Both the position numbers and the translations under genes were made by a program. From Phoronis australis (lineage: Eukaryota; Animalia; Phoronida), in the NCBI GenBank assembly GCA_002633005.1, contig NMRA01001160.1, positions 6,115 to 45,900 of the forward strand: 39,786 bases of DNA. The letters run 5' to 3'. Under the pieces are notes generated by a model that was not told where the DNA came from, ran no database searches, and saw nothing but the letters and a program-made list of their open reading frames with translations. The stretch's first letter is position 1. Each line of letters opens with the position of its first letter. Of this stretch, positions 21,691-36,733 are shown one piece after another.

Positions 21691-24267
21691 AGAAGCTATG
21701 TTACGTTAAAAACCCTGAATATTTAAATTTGAATCAAGCCCCACCTAGTGACTTCCTAGAGAACTGCGTGTACAAATAAAATCAGGAAAAGAAGCAATTT
21801 GTAAACAAATTGTGGTTTTAAAGAAACACAAAACTGATACACTTAAAACCAAGTGCAAAAAACCCTAGTGATTCCAAATATTACACAATCGTTATTTGGT
21901 AGTCAAATCAACCAATAATGAAAAAGTATGCCTCGTTTCATTTGGGTAACAATGACGTTTTACCATACTGATTTACATAAAAATAGTCTTGCGAAATGAG
22001 ACTTTTGCGATCTTGACATGGTAACTAGTTCTCGGATAGTTTCTGGCAAACTGAAAGACCTGGGGGTTTTGTAAATGAGTACTTCATTTGCATATTCACA
22101 ATTTAATGCGACATAGCATCTTTAAAATGTGCTTATTCAATGCTAACTTTTGTGTAATCAATGCTAAGAGTTAATTATCCAAGGCATTGAGATTGTTCTT
22201 AAAAGAAAACCTTTCTGCACAGAATTCAATGTATACTATTGCTTATTCGACACATACTTTCAAATAGTTCATGCAGCCCAATCATCTCCATGCTCTCAAA
22301 TCTCAAGATGGCGGGAGACTTTTTATATGCGTGCAAGGCCTGTTTCGAAGATTGTTCAATTAAACATGTAAATGGTGGTGCCATTAACTTTGTACTAACT
22401 CTAAACTTGTGTTTGATTGGACACAACGAACAAATAATTCAGCACGTCAAATAAACAGTATTACGCATTTATTAAGCAAGAGTGCGCTTTGAATAAGCAC
22501 AACAAGGTACCCATTTAAGAACCCTTTGGCACTTCATACTATATTCCAAAAGAACAAGGTGGATGACCTTAATCACCGAGTCTAGGCTACTGTACAACCA
22601 TACGTCCATGTTTTGGGAGCTTTTAAACATTCAAGTACTATTCCCAAGTTTTCCATAGAAGATTGATTTTTGTTTTCAATTTTCAAGAAGTACAAGCTCT
22701 TTTAAAAAAAGTTAAGCGTTACCAACAGGCACATCAAAATTGACAAGAATTAAGGAGCTGCTGTCTTAGTTAAAATACAAACATCTGTGTGCATCAAAGG
22801 ACATCCATGCAGTCCTGCAAAATTCTAAAAATTACTAAAAGATTATACTTTTTGACAGGTGTTGTCAATAAAGTCAGTTTTCAAATCCAAATTCCAGGAT
22901 GATGAAGATATTGGTTTGTGGAAATCGTCATCCCGATTAGCAGCCATACTCACACATTCACAGCTAATGGGAGCTGAACCCGTGATAATGTTTTTATTAC
23001 GAGTCGAAGTTCCAGCACCAAGCCATCAACATAACACTGGCACTTAATTTGAAAATGTGAGCTAAATCCACCAATTATGAGTACCCATAAGTACAAACTC
23101 ACAATACTGTCACAAACACTCATTGACACAATTTGCATGCAAGTGTGTGCTGTACACCCATCAAGTCCCTTACCACAATCTTTTTCACCCTCTTCTAACT
23201 GGCCTGAAGCACTGTTCATACACTCGTCTGACAACATCATAGATCTTGAGTTTCAAACCTGCACCCAGTAATTGGACATGTTGCCATCATCTTGACACAC
23301 TATAAACAACTGAAAAGGTATAATATGTTGTATTATGGTGGTGCTTATTAGTACCTAACTAATTGTCATTAGAGGGCGCCAGTTCAAGCAAACACTATGG
23401 CATAAAAAGAATAAACAGGGGTTTGAGGTGGTGCAAAGTATATCAAATCTGTTTAAAATGGGATGATGTCTAGTTGATACACCAAGGATCATGGGAATTC
23501 ATCAAGGAACTCACAACACACCGGAAAATGTGAAAAACTTAACAATTATTCAGAACAGGGCACAGCCATAGTCAGATTGGTCAGAAACTCTTTGAAATCG
23601 TTCGGCAGCATCAGAGGAACATCCGGCACATCCCATTAAGATTGCGCATCGAGTTTAGCAGATATCACAGAGAACGGCAGACACATATAAATAATGTGTG
23701 AACATTTCACCTGCAATCCATTGGGAAAAGGACATGTCGTGCTCTGAGTGCAGCGCGGGGGGAGGGGGCGACACGCAATATAATGTGGGCACCAGGGTCG
23801 ATGAAAATATGCCCTTTTTCACGATTTTGGTCTAAGAACGATACGCATTTTCTAACCACGTGTCTCTAGAACGCAATTTCAATCCATTAAGGCAACTGTT
23901 CCTCGCACTGTCTGTCGAATCAAGCTTTTAGCGCCTTAAAATCTGTTCACCCTGATTTCAAAACTTGTTTCTTTGTTGGATAGCTCTTTACTTACTGACT
24001 CCAAAAAGTAAGTCGTAACGTCCGGTGAGCAATAACAACGTCACAATGGTGGATCAAAGTTGGAAAATTGGGAAAGTCTGTGACTTTGACCTAGAACATT
24101 GACCCCGAACGAGATAGGGGCCAAGAAATAAGATGCGTTTGAAAACTTGCACTTTACCATGCTTCGAAAATATCTCGCTTTCGTAGTCTTCTGGTCAGTG
24201 GTCCTGAGGATATGACTTCCCAAACTATAGCTAATTTTGACACAACTTTTCTGATTTAGTGAAGGGG

Positions 24268-24650
24268 TTGCGTGGTCGGACTGACATTTTTCGTCCATAC
24301 GACCACGCGTTTTAGTGTCCTAGAGAAGGCGTGGCACCGACGGATAATTTTTGGCCATACGACCGCACGCTTCAAACAACTCGAGAGAGCGTGGTCAGGG
24401 CTGTTAATTTTTGTCCGTACCGACCCAACGTGATTTTGCTAGGGTCTCACAACGCTTTTGGTTGAGCTGACATTTTTCTTCCATACGACCACGTGCTTTA
24501 AATGAGCGCTTGTGGTCTGGAGAAATTTTTCGTTCATACGACCACCCCTTCCGTCAGCAGTGTGGTCGGCAGACACATTCCATACACGACGACCACATTC
24601 AACTGCGTGGTCCATGCCGATAAAATTGATCCATACGACCACACGTTTTA
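24268..24650. repeat. Degenerate ~55-60-bp tandem units with internal inverted motif
   Basis: A CCATACGACCAC-like motif near 24296, 24355, 24415, 24481, 24535, 24580 and 24631 alternates with reverse-complement-like (C/T)GTGGTC. Confidence 0.75.
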
Positions 24651-27600
24651 ATTTAATGAGTTATTTTAAGCTTTAGTAGCGTGTGGTTGGTAGGGATCAC
24701 TTAATCATCATCTTCTGCAAATTTGATAATACTGCAGCCTACACGGTGGTTTTAGTATGTGTCTCCATATTTCACTATTTTTGCCCCAAAATGGGCAGGG
24801 AAGTTAACCCCGCTGCCGCACCCTGATTCGCCAATCTTATGAATGCAGCGCACGTAAATTTCATAACGTTTCGTTACCTCTTTGGCTTTTTTACACATCC
24901 ATCCCAACCAACATAATGTGCATGTATGTTGCTCTCATATGTATATGACTTAACGGCACAAATTCGTACTTGTACAGTACTAGTAGAAGCATTTCGAAGC
25001 TAGGTGTTCTTGTCATAGCCACAGGCGTCCTCAGCTTCTGATCGTTTCCAATACACTATATAAAACTACAAGGTATGACACTCACTACCAGAAATTCCGA
25101 TGAGTTACGGATATACGGCTATTGCCGATTCATCACGGAAGGATTCGAATGGTCTGGCTTTGGGTTGAGTTATTGATATCGTGACACTCCGTGACAAATT
25201 GGCAATTGCTTCCTTGACCTCATATCGTCCAAAGAGGCTCGATGCGTGGGCATTTTGGGAACATTTTTGTGCTTTGACCGCGACTTTGTTGCGATCTCAC
25301 TGGAGCAGGACACCGTGGATGGCATTGGGAGAAAGAACTACTGCTAATGGTTTGTTGAAACCTTGTTTTGTTTAAATTTATTGAGTTTTGTGTTTGATAT
25401 GGACTGATGAAGTGAAGCACCCGTGGAATTTCTGGTCAGGAGTGTCATAATTTGTAGTATTGTATGCAGTGTATTGGGACAATCAGAAGCCGAGGATGCC
25501 TGTGGTCATAGCACCTGAATTTCAATGGGGTTCCGTGAGATTTCTGCTCTGTAACGTATGCGAAATTTGGCGTTGAATTGTTAGAATGTAAAAGCTTGAA
25601 TCGAAACAATTTTAGCATAGGAGTAAAGACCGAACAATTACGAATCGATTGAGGTATATATATCATCCGTGTGTGATCATTTGTATGGGAGATATGAAGG
25701 ATTAAATTTATACTTTACCCCGTTTTCTTACCTTCCCTAAGAACAGACAGCGTGTCAGCAACATTCATCTCAGGAACATTGAGACGAAGGGTGTTCTTGC
25801 CAACAAACCACTTTAACTGACAACACTGGCTATCTTATCCTTAAACTCAGTCTTCCCTCAGCACAAGATTCGTGTACATATTTCTCGTCAGAAACGAACC
25901 GCCTTCAGAAAGGAACTCGTCCATTCCATGTGTTCAAGGCCGTGTAGGCTCATTTGCATAGCCTAACTAACGAGATAAATCACAAAAATAGAAAACAACT
26001 ATACAGATCGAAGTTAAAACCAGCAGGAACCAAGCCATCCAAGGGGCCTGCCCAACTGATAAACAAATTGAAAACACGAAGAAACGAAATTCAAGTAAAA
26101 ATGTAAGTTATTCCTGATCAAACCTCACACAATTCTGGATAAACAGCCCAACTCAAGAATTATGCACAAGAACTCCTGCACACTTGCACACACTATTTGG
26201 GTCCGAGCAAATAAACAAGATGAGAGAAAACAGAATCTAACATTATTTCTCTGAAATCACGTACAGTAAACCGGTTCGGCGTTTGTGTTTGCGAACAGTC
26301 GTTTACAATGAGCAACTGGAGATCAGCACAATTACGTGACTATTTCAGAAATAATTACAGTACACATAACTAAAACAAACGTTCGACTGACATTTATTTT
26401 GTACATGAAGCAAACTAATCCCTACAGTAACAGAAATTCGGCGAAAATTCAGTCTACTTACCCGTAGTACGCTTCTGATCCACAAACGGGCGGCCCGTTT
26501 GCGGATGACGTCACGATCACACATTTTGCTTACGTCATCCCTAAAACGCTCAGATCAACATAACGCGCAGAACACCAGCAATACGATCATCATACAGCTT
26601 CAGACCAGCTTTCAAATCATCATCACGTTTATCAGTGCCCATTGATTGTTGTGACGAACCATTCTGTCACAGCGAATTCTGAAGACCAATACCATGAGAA
26701 AAGCTCGCCTAGTCTCCAGCTACATGAGTAAAGCCCTCATCCTCAGGTTTTGTTTATAACCCCCTGTTGTCACTAGTAGTAGAAATAGTAAACATTGGAA
26801 CTTGACACCTAGCCACAAGCCGTTAGCTGCCAGGCCTATAATTCTGTGCAATAGATAAATTATTTTTATGAACTATTTGAAGACTCTTCGTTAGAAAGAA
26901 CAAGAACAGCACAAAAAAACAGGGTATTACATAACATCGAATTTTTTTTCTACACCCAAAACTTATGATTTTACAAAATGACCAGTTGATATGAAGGCGG
27001 TGTGTGAATACAAAAGTTGTAGTAATTGTCAGTAAATACCCTAGTGTTTTATTTCAAACATTTTAAAATTACTTTAGTTCGTACACTATTTAGAACTTGA
27101 TTTTAATTTCGTAACAGTGGATATAATATTTTGACAGGTATATAATATACTACGAACTATTTTACTTGAGTAATGATACTGTANCCGTTTGCGGATGACG
27201 TCACGATCACACATTTTGCTTACGTCATCCCTAAAACGCGCAGATCTACATAACGCGCACTAGTCAGTAGAGAAATACATTTTTTCTCTTTGCACAAGAA
27301 AAACAAAATAAACAATACGACAATAGCAGGCAGCTATGGCAGACAATTCTCTTTGCACAAGAAAGCCAAATAAACCAATAGCAGTAGGAGGACAGTCACG
27401 TGACATTATAATATCATGGTAAAAATTAAGTTCTATGCTGACAACATGCAGTTAACAATAATATAGTAAGTGGAACAAACCTAGTGAGCTCCCAGTGTAC
27501 AAGCAAAGCCAGGTTAGTTAATTAATTTATCTTACGTGAAAATGTCTAACTAAACAGAAAAGCTAGAAGACCAGCTTTAATATTTAAACAAATATTTTGT

Positions 27601-29203
27601 TGAAAATGTACATTTCTGTACATTACATTCCAAAAAAAGGATTATCATGTGATTCACTCAATAGCAGATTAGACTAATTGTCCAAAACTAAATTCTTCAC
27701 ATTCTTCTTTTATTTATATTTGAATAAATGCACAAGCCTGCTCACTAAGTTAAGTTTCTCAACATCGAAATTTTCAGTATCTCTGTAATTATGTATTTTG
27801 CGTAATGCCTAAAAATTCACCTTTTTCGGAAAAAAGAATATTAGCCAAAATATATCACATCGGTTTTAAATATAATTTGTGAATATCCATTTTATCTCTT
27901 GATGGCTATGGTACAAAACACTACATTACATGCCTAGTCCTCTAAACAGAGTCCCAAATTCATAAAATATAGCATTTAAACTACAGTATATAAATCGCAG
28001 ACGTTTTCAAGCCTGCTCTGCATGCCACCTGTTGACCATATCACGAGACCCAATGAACAGGAAAGTCTGAAAAGATTTCTGCCCGTGATCTCAGGGGTAG
28101 AAATCTTTACAGTCTTAAGTTCATTAAGTAACGTGATGTGACGAACAGGTGGTGCACAGACCAGACTTAAAAATGTTTGCGATGTATATTTTCCATGCCA
28201 GTTCAAGATATACATATTCACAATATTTGCAATAGCGTATTGACCTTACAAAACTGGACTCTTACAAAAACAAAGGTTGTATTTTGTAAGTCAGAAGGAT
28301 GAAAAATATTGCATCCTCAGATCCAATTACACATTGCAGCGATCGACACAGGAAAAAATCTCGAAAATACGAATGACCGCATATTTGCATATTCACGGAG
28401 TTGGTCTTGTAAAAAGTGTCGACGAAAAAATGCCAGACATATGCTCGATGCGCATACATGTGATGTCAACTTTCCACTCATATTTTACTTTTTCCACTGG
28501 TGCTGCGCAGACCAGACTTAAAAATGTTTGCAATGAGTATTTTCCAATTTTACATTTCAAATGTCACTGCTCAGCAATTTGAAACGCATGGAATTCATAA
28601 ATCACAGGTATATTATAGCAAAACAATATGGGTAAATTTTCTATTTTTGTCAACAGAATGTAAGTGTTTGAGGTCAAGGAAGGATCTCCGTAAAGCTCAA
28701 ATTTTGCAAACCTCAGAATATCACATTTGAGAAATGGCCGATTGGATTTATAGGAAACTTTCAGATACTATGCTTTAATGCACTATTTTCCAAAAAGCCG
28801 TTGGGAATTATTTTCAAAATTTTTTAACTTTTGAATGAGTGGCTATCAAAAATGGGATTTTTATGAAGTGTATGAAAATATCAAAAGTTGCATAAAACAA
28901 AAATGAAATTATTAGGAAACAGTAACAGAGCTTATGAGAATTCACCTGTTTTATATCGAACAAAATTTTGTCCAGTTATCGATACTGCCATTTGTTACGG
29001 GTGCATCTTCCTTTGTTTAATGTTAACTAAAAACACATGATCACGTGACCCATGTAATAGCAGACTGGCATCAAGACAGAAATCAAATGCTATAGGCTTT
29101 CTATACATTGAGAAGAAAATATACACTACAATTACCAAGTTGCAATTTTTAATTTTCTAGATATTTGCCTAAATACACAGACCTTCATAAACTCAACTAG
29201 CAG

Positions 29204-29537
29204 TTGGCCAAGATTCAGTCAGAGATGAGACCATTGAGACTACAGATGAGGGGACTGGGCAGCAACAATCAACAGATTGAGTCAGAGATGAGACAAATGA
29301 GAATGCAGATTCAGAGACTGAGTCGCAACATTCAACAGATTCACTCAGAGATGAAGCAAATCAGCATGCTGATTACGAGGCTGAGCTGCAACATTCAACA
29401 GATTCAGTCAGAGATGGGAGAAATGAGACTGCAGATGGAAAGGCTGAGCTGCAACACTCAACCACGCCAAGATGAGATGGACAGAGATTTACATGGGGAA
29501 AATAATGTGTCTTGTTACAGCGAGGCACGCTATACAG
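29204..29537 (+). CDS. Putative exon encoding 4 x 21-aa (63-bp) coiled-coil repeats, gene unknown
   Basis: IQSEMRPLRLQMRGLGSNNQQ-type unit repeated four times in frame with heptad hydrophobic spacing; donor CAG|GTAAAT after 29537; acceptor uncertain. Confidence 0.45.
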
Positions 29538-30148
29538 GTAAATAACGAAGAGATTTTAAGCTCAACATAAAAGTACTTATCAGTTGCATTATCAAGCATG
29601 TTTTCCAAAAGCATCAGTAATAAATCATCTTGCTACATTTAGAATATAAATAAAGGAGTGAACACTGCCTATAATTTAACTTTTGCATTGCAGGGGCTAT
29701 TCTAGGGTACAGTGAAGAAAGCCGACTTTTGGCCGAAGAAACAGGGTCGGATCATCAGTAGCAGACAATTTTTATCAAAGGTAGATTATTACTGAAAATA
29801 CCGTAATGGAAAATTTACCAAAAGCTGTTTTATGACATCAGCATAGAACACACCATGGTAGTAACACACTAAACAATTTTTAATCTTTCTTTCTACGGAG
29901 AAATCTGAAAAAATGAAATTCCACTTCTCGGCCATATTGGGTGAGAAATAAGTGAAGAATTACCCCAACACAAAATAGCTCCGTCTACTCAACATGAAGC
30001 AAGGCTGAGTACGTGAACAATTATGGATGAGAAGGTCAACAGGAGGAGCCAATGAAATGTAGTGTAATCTTGACTAAACGAAAACTCTGGTGACCAACTA
30101 CCGTTACTGCTTTATGAATGTAATGGAAAATTTCTGTAAAATGTTTTT

Positions 30149-30821
30149 NNNNNNNNNNNNNNNNNNNNNNNNNNNNNNNNNNNNNNNNNNNNNNNNNNNN
30201 NNNNNNNNNNNNNNNNNNNNNNNNNNNNNNNNNNNNNNNNNNNNNNNNNNNNNNNNNNNNNNNNNNNNNNNNNNNNNNNNNNNNNNNNNNNNNNNNNNNN
30301 NNNNNNNNNNNNNNNNNNNNNNNNNNNNNNNNNNNNNNNNNNNNNNNNNNNNNNNNNNNNNNNNNNNNNNNNNNNNNNNNNNNNNNNNNNNNNNNNNNNN
30401 NNNNNNNNNNNNNNNNNNNNNNNNNNNNNNNNNNNNNNNNNNNNNNNNNNNNNNNNNNNNNNNNNNNNNNNNNNNNNNNNNNNNNNNNNNNNNNNNNNNN
30501 NNNNNNNNNNNNNNNNNNNNNNNNNNNNNNNNNNNNNNNNNNNNNNNNNNNNNNNNNNNNNNNNNNNNNNNNNNNNNNNNNNNNNNNNNNNNNNNNNNNN
30601 NNNNNNNNNNNNNNNNNNNNNNNNNNNNNNNNNNNNNNNNNNNNNNNNNNNNNNNNNNNNNNNNNNNNNNNNNNNNNNNNNNNNNNNNNNNNNNNNNNNN
30701 NNNNNNNNNNNNNNNNNNNNNNNNNNNNNNNNNNNNNNNNNNNNNNNNNNNNNNNNNNNNNNNNNNNNNNNNNNNNNNNNNNNNNNNNNNNNNNNNNNNN
30801 NNNNNNNNNNNNNNNNNNNNN
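30149..30821. other. Assembly gap (N run)
   Basis: 673 consecutive N. Confidence 1.
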
Positions 30822-31341
30822 TTGCCATTGCTATAAACTGTGTGTCAGTTTGAGCCATATCCCTCAAATTGTTTATTCAATGCAACTCTTGGAAAGTAGT
30901 TCTATCCAGTCAGTTGTGGTTTTCAGTATGGGTCTGATGTGTCTGTCAGCAATTAGCCTGGTGTTTATTGTAGTTAGATATTGTTTATGATAAGGGCCTG
31001 AAAATTCTGAGACCAGGCGAACTTTCGTCATGCTCTGATTCAGTCCTGTTTGAATATACCAGTGGCAGTACGTTGGAAGCCAGAAGTGAACTCTCGCGAG
31101 TGCATTCCACTGTAATCCAAGGTTCAGAATCGGAAGATACTGCCTGTGTATTGCATGTCCCAGTTTATACATCTCTAGTTATGTGATCAGTTGAGATGTC
31201 GAAGAATCTGTCTTCATGTGTTCTGACGAGCCAACGGTTGTGTACAAGCATTGGATTGCTCTACCTCATGGCACGGAATCTGTGTGTTCTGTGTTGGTGA
31301 CACTCTGGACTCTTGGAATTTCTGAAGAACTGGAACTTCTT

Positions 31342-31625
31342 TCATTGAAATCCTGAAGTCATTGGTTCTGGATTGGCGTTACTTGATCTGTCAATATTTG
31401 GAAGTGAGATGTTGAATCCTCTCGCTGTTACGATAGCATTCAGTGCTGAGTCTACCAACATTTGCCGCCTCACTGCTCTATCTACACTTTTTCCATTTAA
31501 CATATGAATCACACTCTTTGGTGCATACACTGTCTCAAGAACTTGAAGCCTGGTGTCTGACATTTCGTATCCAATAAATCCCAGAAAGCTCACCTCAGTA
31601 TGAAATCCGTCAAGATTGGCTAAGA
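31342..31625 (-). pseudogene. Fragment of a large DNA-transposon protein, Academ-like
   Basis: LDGFHTEVSFLGFIGYEMSDTRL..LETVYAPKSVIHMLNGKSVDRAVR..MLVDSAL resembles the LGGFH..MSFLG.IG..M.GSGL...YA...V.HML.GKA..RAVR block that I recall from Academ-type transposases; the family assignment is from memory. Confidence 0.5.
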
Positions 31626-34600
31626 ACAAGCAACTGCAGATCACTGCAGATCACTGCAGTTCGGTTTGCTGGCACTAACTTCCTCTAAATTCAGTTACCT
31701 ATATTCATGAAAAGCTTGCATGTTAAATCAATTGTGAGTCTTAAATTTTAAACATTTAATTAATTCATTTATTTTTCATCAAATTCAGGGGAAATCAACT
31801 GCCAAATTATCCACTAATGTCAGTAGCAGACGAAATCTGCATGGGAACAACTTATATCTCCAATAGAAGAGAGCGAGGCCACTTCTTGCCCAAAGTGCTT
31901 TAGGGTTTGTGTACTGAATAAGCAAATAATTCTACCAGAAATACATATTCTTCTAACAAATATTATTTTTGAAACCCCAAATGAATATGTTTTACAGAAA
32001 AATAATTGAGTGTGTGAAATTCCTTAAGGAATTTTAACTAAAGCCTCTGAAAAACACCAAGTTTTATGTTAAATAATCTAAAATCCACATTTAGTATTTA
32101 AGAGGCATTATCTGAGAAAACCTGCAAAATTGCAAAATGTTGGCGGAGGCACTTTCATCAATTAAGTTGATACTTTGCACACCAATTTGTACTCACATAT
32201 GAATAACTAAATCACGTCTGTTTTTTATCTGGAGTCATTCTATAAAAAAAAAATAATAAATACCTTCCGTCGTGGTTTTTTCACACAGGACAAGAATGTC
32301 CAAAAAGACAAAAAGAATGCCAACACTCACAGAGCTGGAAGCCAGTTTGTGACTTGGAATGATCATAATTAGTGGAATTGAAGCCATTGCTGTGCTTGGG
32401 AATTGATTTCGTTGAGCATCTGTGTGAATTTGTATTTCATCTCGACTTTTTGTTGACGCACTAAAATTGACCGAACGTCACTTCAGTTAGGCCTTGGTTA
32501 GGCTTAGTAAATCCCGAAGTTTTCCGATAGTAGAAGTCCGATTATGAAAAAGAAGTTCCAAATTATATTTAAAAAATGGTGTCTTAGTACAGAAAAAACT
32601 TTATTGTTCACCGTAATACTATTTGAACTGTGGGATAATTCATCCTTTTTTGACAAGCCGACTTTATTCGGAGGCACTTTCGCATAATTGCCTTGGCAAT
32701 TATCAGCGAAGGTCGATGTCACGTGACATACCGAAACTCATCAAATTGCGTATTTTAACANCCGATTATGGGGTCTTCGGATGGTAAGGAAGCTAATTCC
32801 TTTGCATTTCGCGTGTGTGGCCGAACAACCGGCCACACAGTAGCCGACCATGATTAGCAGACGACGTACTTGCCGGAAATTACACCAGATAATTTAGCCA
32901 GGTGCCGCCAGTGAATAATGACGTAAGGGCTTGTGCGCAAGCTCACAGATTTCGTCCGTTGAAAGTATACGGAGTTGGCGGTCCAATGTACTATAGTCTA
33001 GTCTATGCTGCCATCTAGGAAAGAAACAGCGCCATCTGAGGTAAGAACACGGTAAACCGCCGCCGGGATATTCCACAACCGACGAGATGTTCAGCGATAT
33101 TTACACTCTCCGGTAAAAAGTATATTGCTACTTTGACAGGTATCATAAACCGTTCCTGAATGCCAACAATGAATTCACACCCAGCTTTTAACGTCATTTG
33201 CTTTGCTCCAAGATGATTTTGCAGTATGGAATCTGAAATCAATCACTAACTGCAAAAATATGAATCCCTCGATGCAACAACATGTGTAAGTGTAACTTAG
33301 TTCACGACAAATACCTATTGGCCTAATTAACATAACACGGATTTATTTTTTCGTTTCTTATTTTAATTTGAAATCTTTTCATATGTATCAATGGCCTCAT
33401 TTCAAACATTTTCAAACGTCATTATGATGGGCGTAGAAAAGACCGTATGTCCAGACCATGAGTTTCAGAACGGTTCAGTAATAGGACCTTGTCGACAAGT
33501 GAGTGTAGGGTTAAAATTCTTCAATTTACAACAAAAAACAACTTAACAATTGGTAAAATGTTTCTATTTTTCAGAGACTTAAATTGTTGTGAATACTCAA
33601 AGAGTTTACCAAAATGAAATGTTTTGTCAATGGCTCCACCGGCCGCCATGATTGGCCGGGCCTATACCTTGCTCAAAGCAAATTTTCGTGATAGTTAGAT
33701 AATGGTATATTTAAATTTGAGAAATTTGACAAAATATCGTTTGGTAATAGCTCCGCCATACACGTTATAGCGTTTTCCCGTTGATCCCAACTTGTTCGAT
33801 TCTATACTGATTTCCCGACAAGACGTTGGGAAGATGTCGCCCGAGTGTAGCCAATATCTTACATGACTGATAAACTTCATTCTGGCATTTACGATTGGAG
33901 GGCCAGCTAGGCTCTTTTGTTTGATAATTGCTCTTATCTCCCTGACTGGGCTATGCTGTTAAAATATGAGTTGAGTTATACCATACCTGAACAGAAATCA
34001 ACAGTCTCAATGTGAAATCCTCCGCGTCAAATGGTGATCATGTTTAGTTTTTGAATCGCCAAAATAGCCCAACTACAAGCCAAAGTTACGACAATCTATT
34101 CTTTCCAAACGTACCAATTAATTCGCTCAGGGTTTAACTAATTCTCACATGGTCTGTAATAAGCCTGGTAGATAATTGGCCTGCCTGTAACTAGTGTTGT
34201 CACACCACGCAGGCAAAAGACTGTGCCTGTGACAGTTAACAAAGGAGCTAAATGTTATCGTGACACGCACACAACCCTCTACTTCTGGTAAAGTCAATGA
34301 ACGGGAGAACGCCGTCATGACTGAACCTTGCTAAAAACAAAGCAAATTTTCCATTCCGGATAATTTAGATACCGGTAGGTTTCAAATTGAAAATTTTCAC
34401 AAAATGAAATTTACCATCATGCCTCAGTGTCTGTCCTTCATATTGAGACCAAATTGAAGATTTTTTATCGCATTTAACCAAATACATTGAAAATTATAGA
34501 TTTTACCTAAAAAGTAAATATTTTCTGACAGAATAAAGCCTTTAGACTACTTTTTGACATTACTAACAAGAAACTAGTTACATTCACTGCAATTACACAA

Positions 34601-36733
34601 CTGTTTTGACACAGCCACAAATTTCGTTTGATACTGCTGTGTTTATGATGAAATTTCAAGAATCAGGGTCAGTTTAGTCCGCCATTTTTGGCAACTAGCC
34701 GTTCATGCATAGTATCATTCTAGAAAGTTTCATATGATACGACTTTCCAGAATTTTTACATTGTGCTGGTCCCATATAACCGTGACCTTGAGAATCAAAT
34801 AACCTGTCCTAGCGGTAACACCTAAGACTATAGAGTATCTATGGTAACACAGTGTACAGTAGTCGATGAACAATTAAAACATCTGAAAATGCATACTTTG
34901 TATTTTTAGATGCAATTTGTTTTCTGCATATTTTTTAAAATTGTAATGTACATTAATCGAAGAAATCGTTCAGTTTTTCTACTTGGAGGCTGCTGTCTTG
35001 TGACTAAACTAACAAAGTTATTTCGAAACAAAGTCCGAGCATAGCGGTCCAAAAGTTAACAGACCAACCATAATGCTTGAATAATAGACTATTGACTATA
35101 ACGAATATCTATGGTTGAATGGATTAATTCACTTCGAACTTAATGGTGACCAAATTTTGAACACAGGTTCTAGCTGAAAGCGCATAAGATTTCATTGTTA
35201 CAACGCTACCTACGACGTGAAAGGACAATTGGGTGATGTAAGATTATCCAGCAGACAGGCCTGGATTTATACACAAGTTGTGAACATGTAGCATATAGGA
35301 AAGCGCCAGAATTGCATCAAATTGACTTGTTTGACGCCTTGTTATGCCCATTGCGTCTTTCTTAATTGTAATAACTGTTAACCTGAGCAGCAAACTTTTA
35401 AGTACAGAATGGCTTTAGCCACCTTACAAACTTTCTTGTTAATCCCCCTACATTCTCTGTCATGAGGGACGACTACCCTGACAACGATTTTGGCCTCTAC
35501 CAAGTCATCATGACAAGGAATTCTGGGTCGCTTTGTCTCAATACTTTAGACTTCTACTGCATTCAAGTTATATTGTAACTGAGCATCAAAAACATGAATT
35601 TACTAATTTTGTACAAGTAATCAACCACATCGTATGCTACTTTGAAGGTGATTTTTAATTCACCAGCATAGACACCTACGGTCCTGGTCATCTATTTTGA
35701 ACCACACAGCATTCACTCGCAGTTGCAAAAGTCCTGGATTTTGACACAATTAATGCTCGATACTGATTGGAGAAAACAGGTTCTCAAACTGTTTGACCCA
35801 TGAAAGTGACTACTAACTCTTGCTCTGATTAAGCAAACAATAATGAAGCTCGACCATTTCCCCAGTTGAAAATATTCAATGTTGTACTGGTGTTACATTG
35901 GAAACACCAAACGGTATTAAAACATAAATTTTGTTCATTGTTTAAAGGCAATTGTGATGAGGAGAAATACTTCGTGTTAATTTGCATAAGACTTCACAGT
36001 TTTTTTACAACTTGACAAGTAACTAATAACAGAACTATGAACTTGAATAGTATATGTCTTTAATGATGCTGAAAACATTAAATTGCTACCAGGCAAAAGA
36101 AATGGGGCAAAGCACAATAGTTTCCCACCAGGAGCGCTAATTCCACTTACTGATAAACCAATGACAGAATGGATTCATGTTTACAGTAGTGGCAAGCTGC
36201 AATTTGTCACACTTCAAAATGTCACAGGTAAGTGTCATTTGTCACAGTGTTGTGGTGCTTTTTGCATGTATAAGTCCTAATAATTCTACTTTGTAACATA
36301 GGCAGGACACAATATTTGCCACATAGGCAAGACGCAATATTTGTCAGTGATAATGAAGAATTTCAGGAATTTACAACTGAGAAAAAAGGAACCACAGAAT
36401 TCTGAAAACGTCACAGAATTTCAAACAAGCAAGTTTTGTCACAAAATGACACCATGTCACAGGTAGTGCATTTCCCGTAACTGGAATGACCTGTTGATTT
36501 GATGCATCAACACCCTAATCACAGAATAGGATTTCCAGGGTTGCACACAGATGCCATGACAGTAATTCCAAGACATTTTAACAAAGTACATTTGCCAAGT
36601 ACAGTATACCTGAATGGTGAATGTGGGCTGCACTCACTCAATACATCAAAAAAATTCATACTTACATACATGATATAGGCAGCGGACACTGGGGAAAATT
36701 ATTAATGAGAATACAACATAAAAATTTGGAAAA

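Noticed and set aside
26495-27259. ~75-bp repeat (26495 and 27185)
   Set aside because: The second copy starts immediately after an N (27184); likely haplotype or assembly overlap.
27750-29015. Probable old non-autonomous DNA transposon with internal repeats (CAGACCAGACTTAAAAATGTTTGC near 28158 and 28508)
   Set aside because: Matching termini could not be found, so boundaries and class are unsupported; its ORFs look spurious.
30090-30867. Two long ORFs (248 and 251 aa)
   Set aside because: Composed almost entirely of N-derived X residues.
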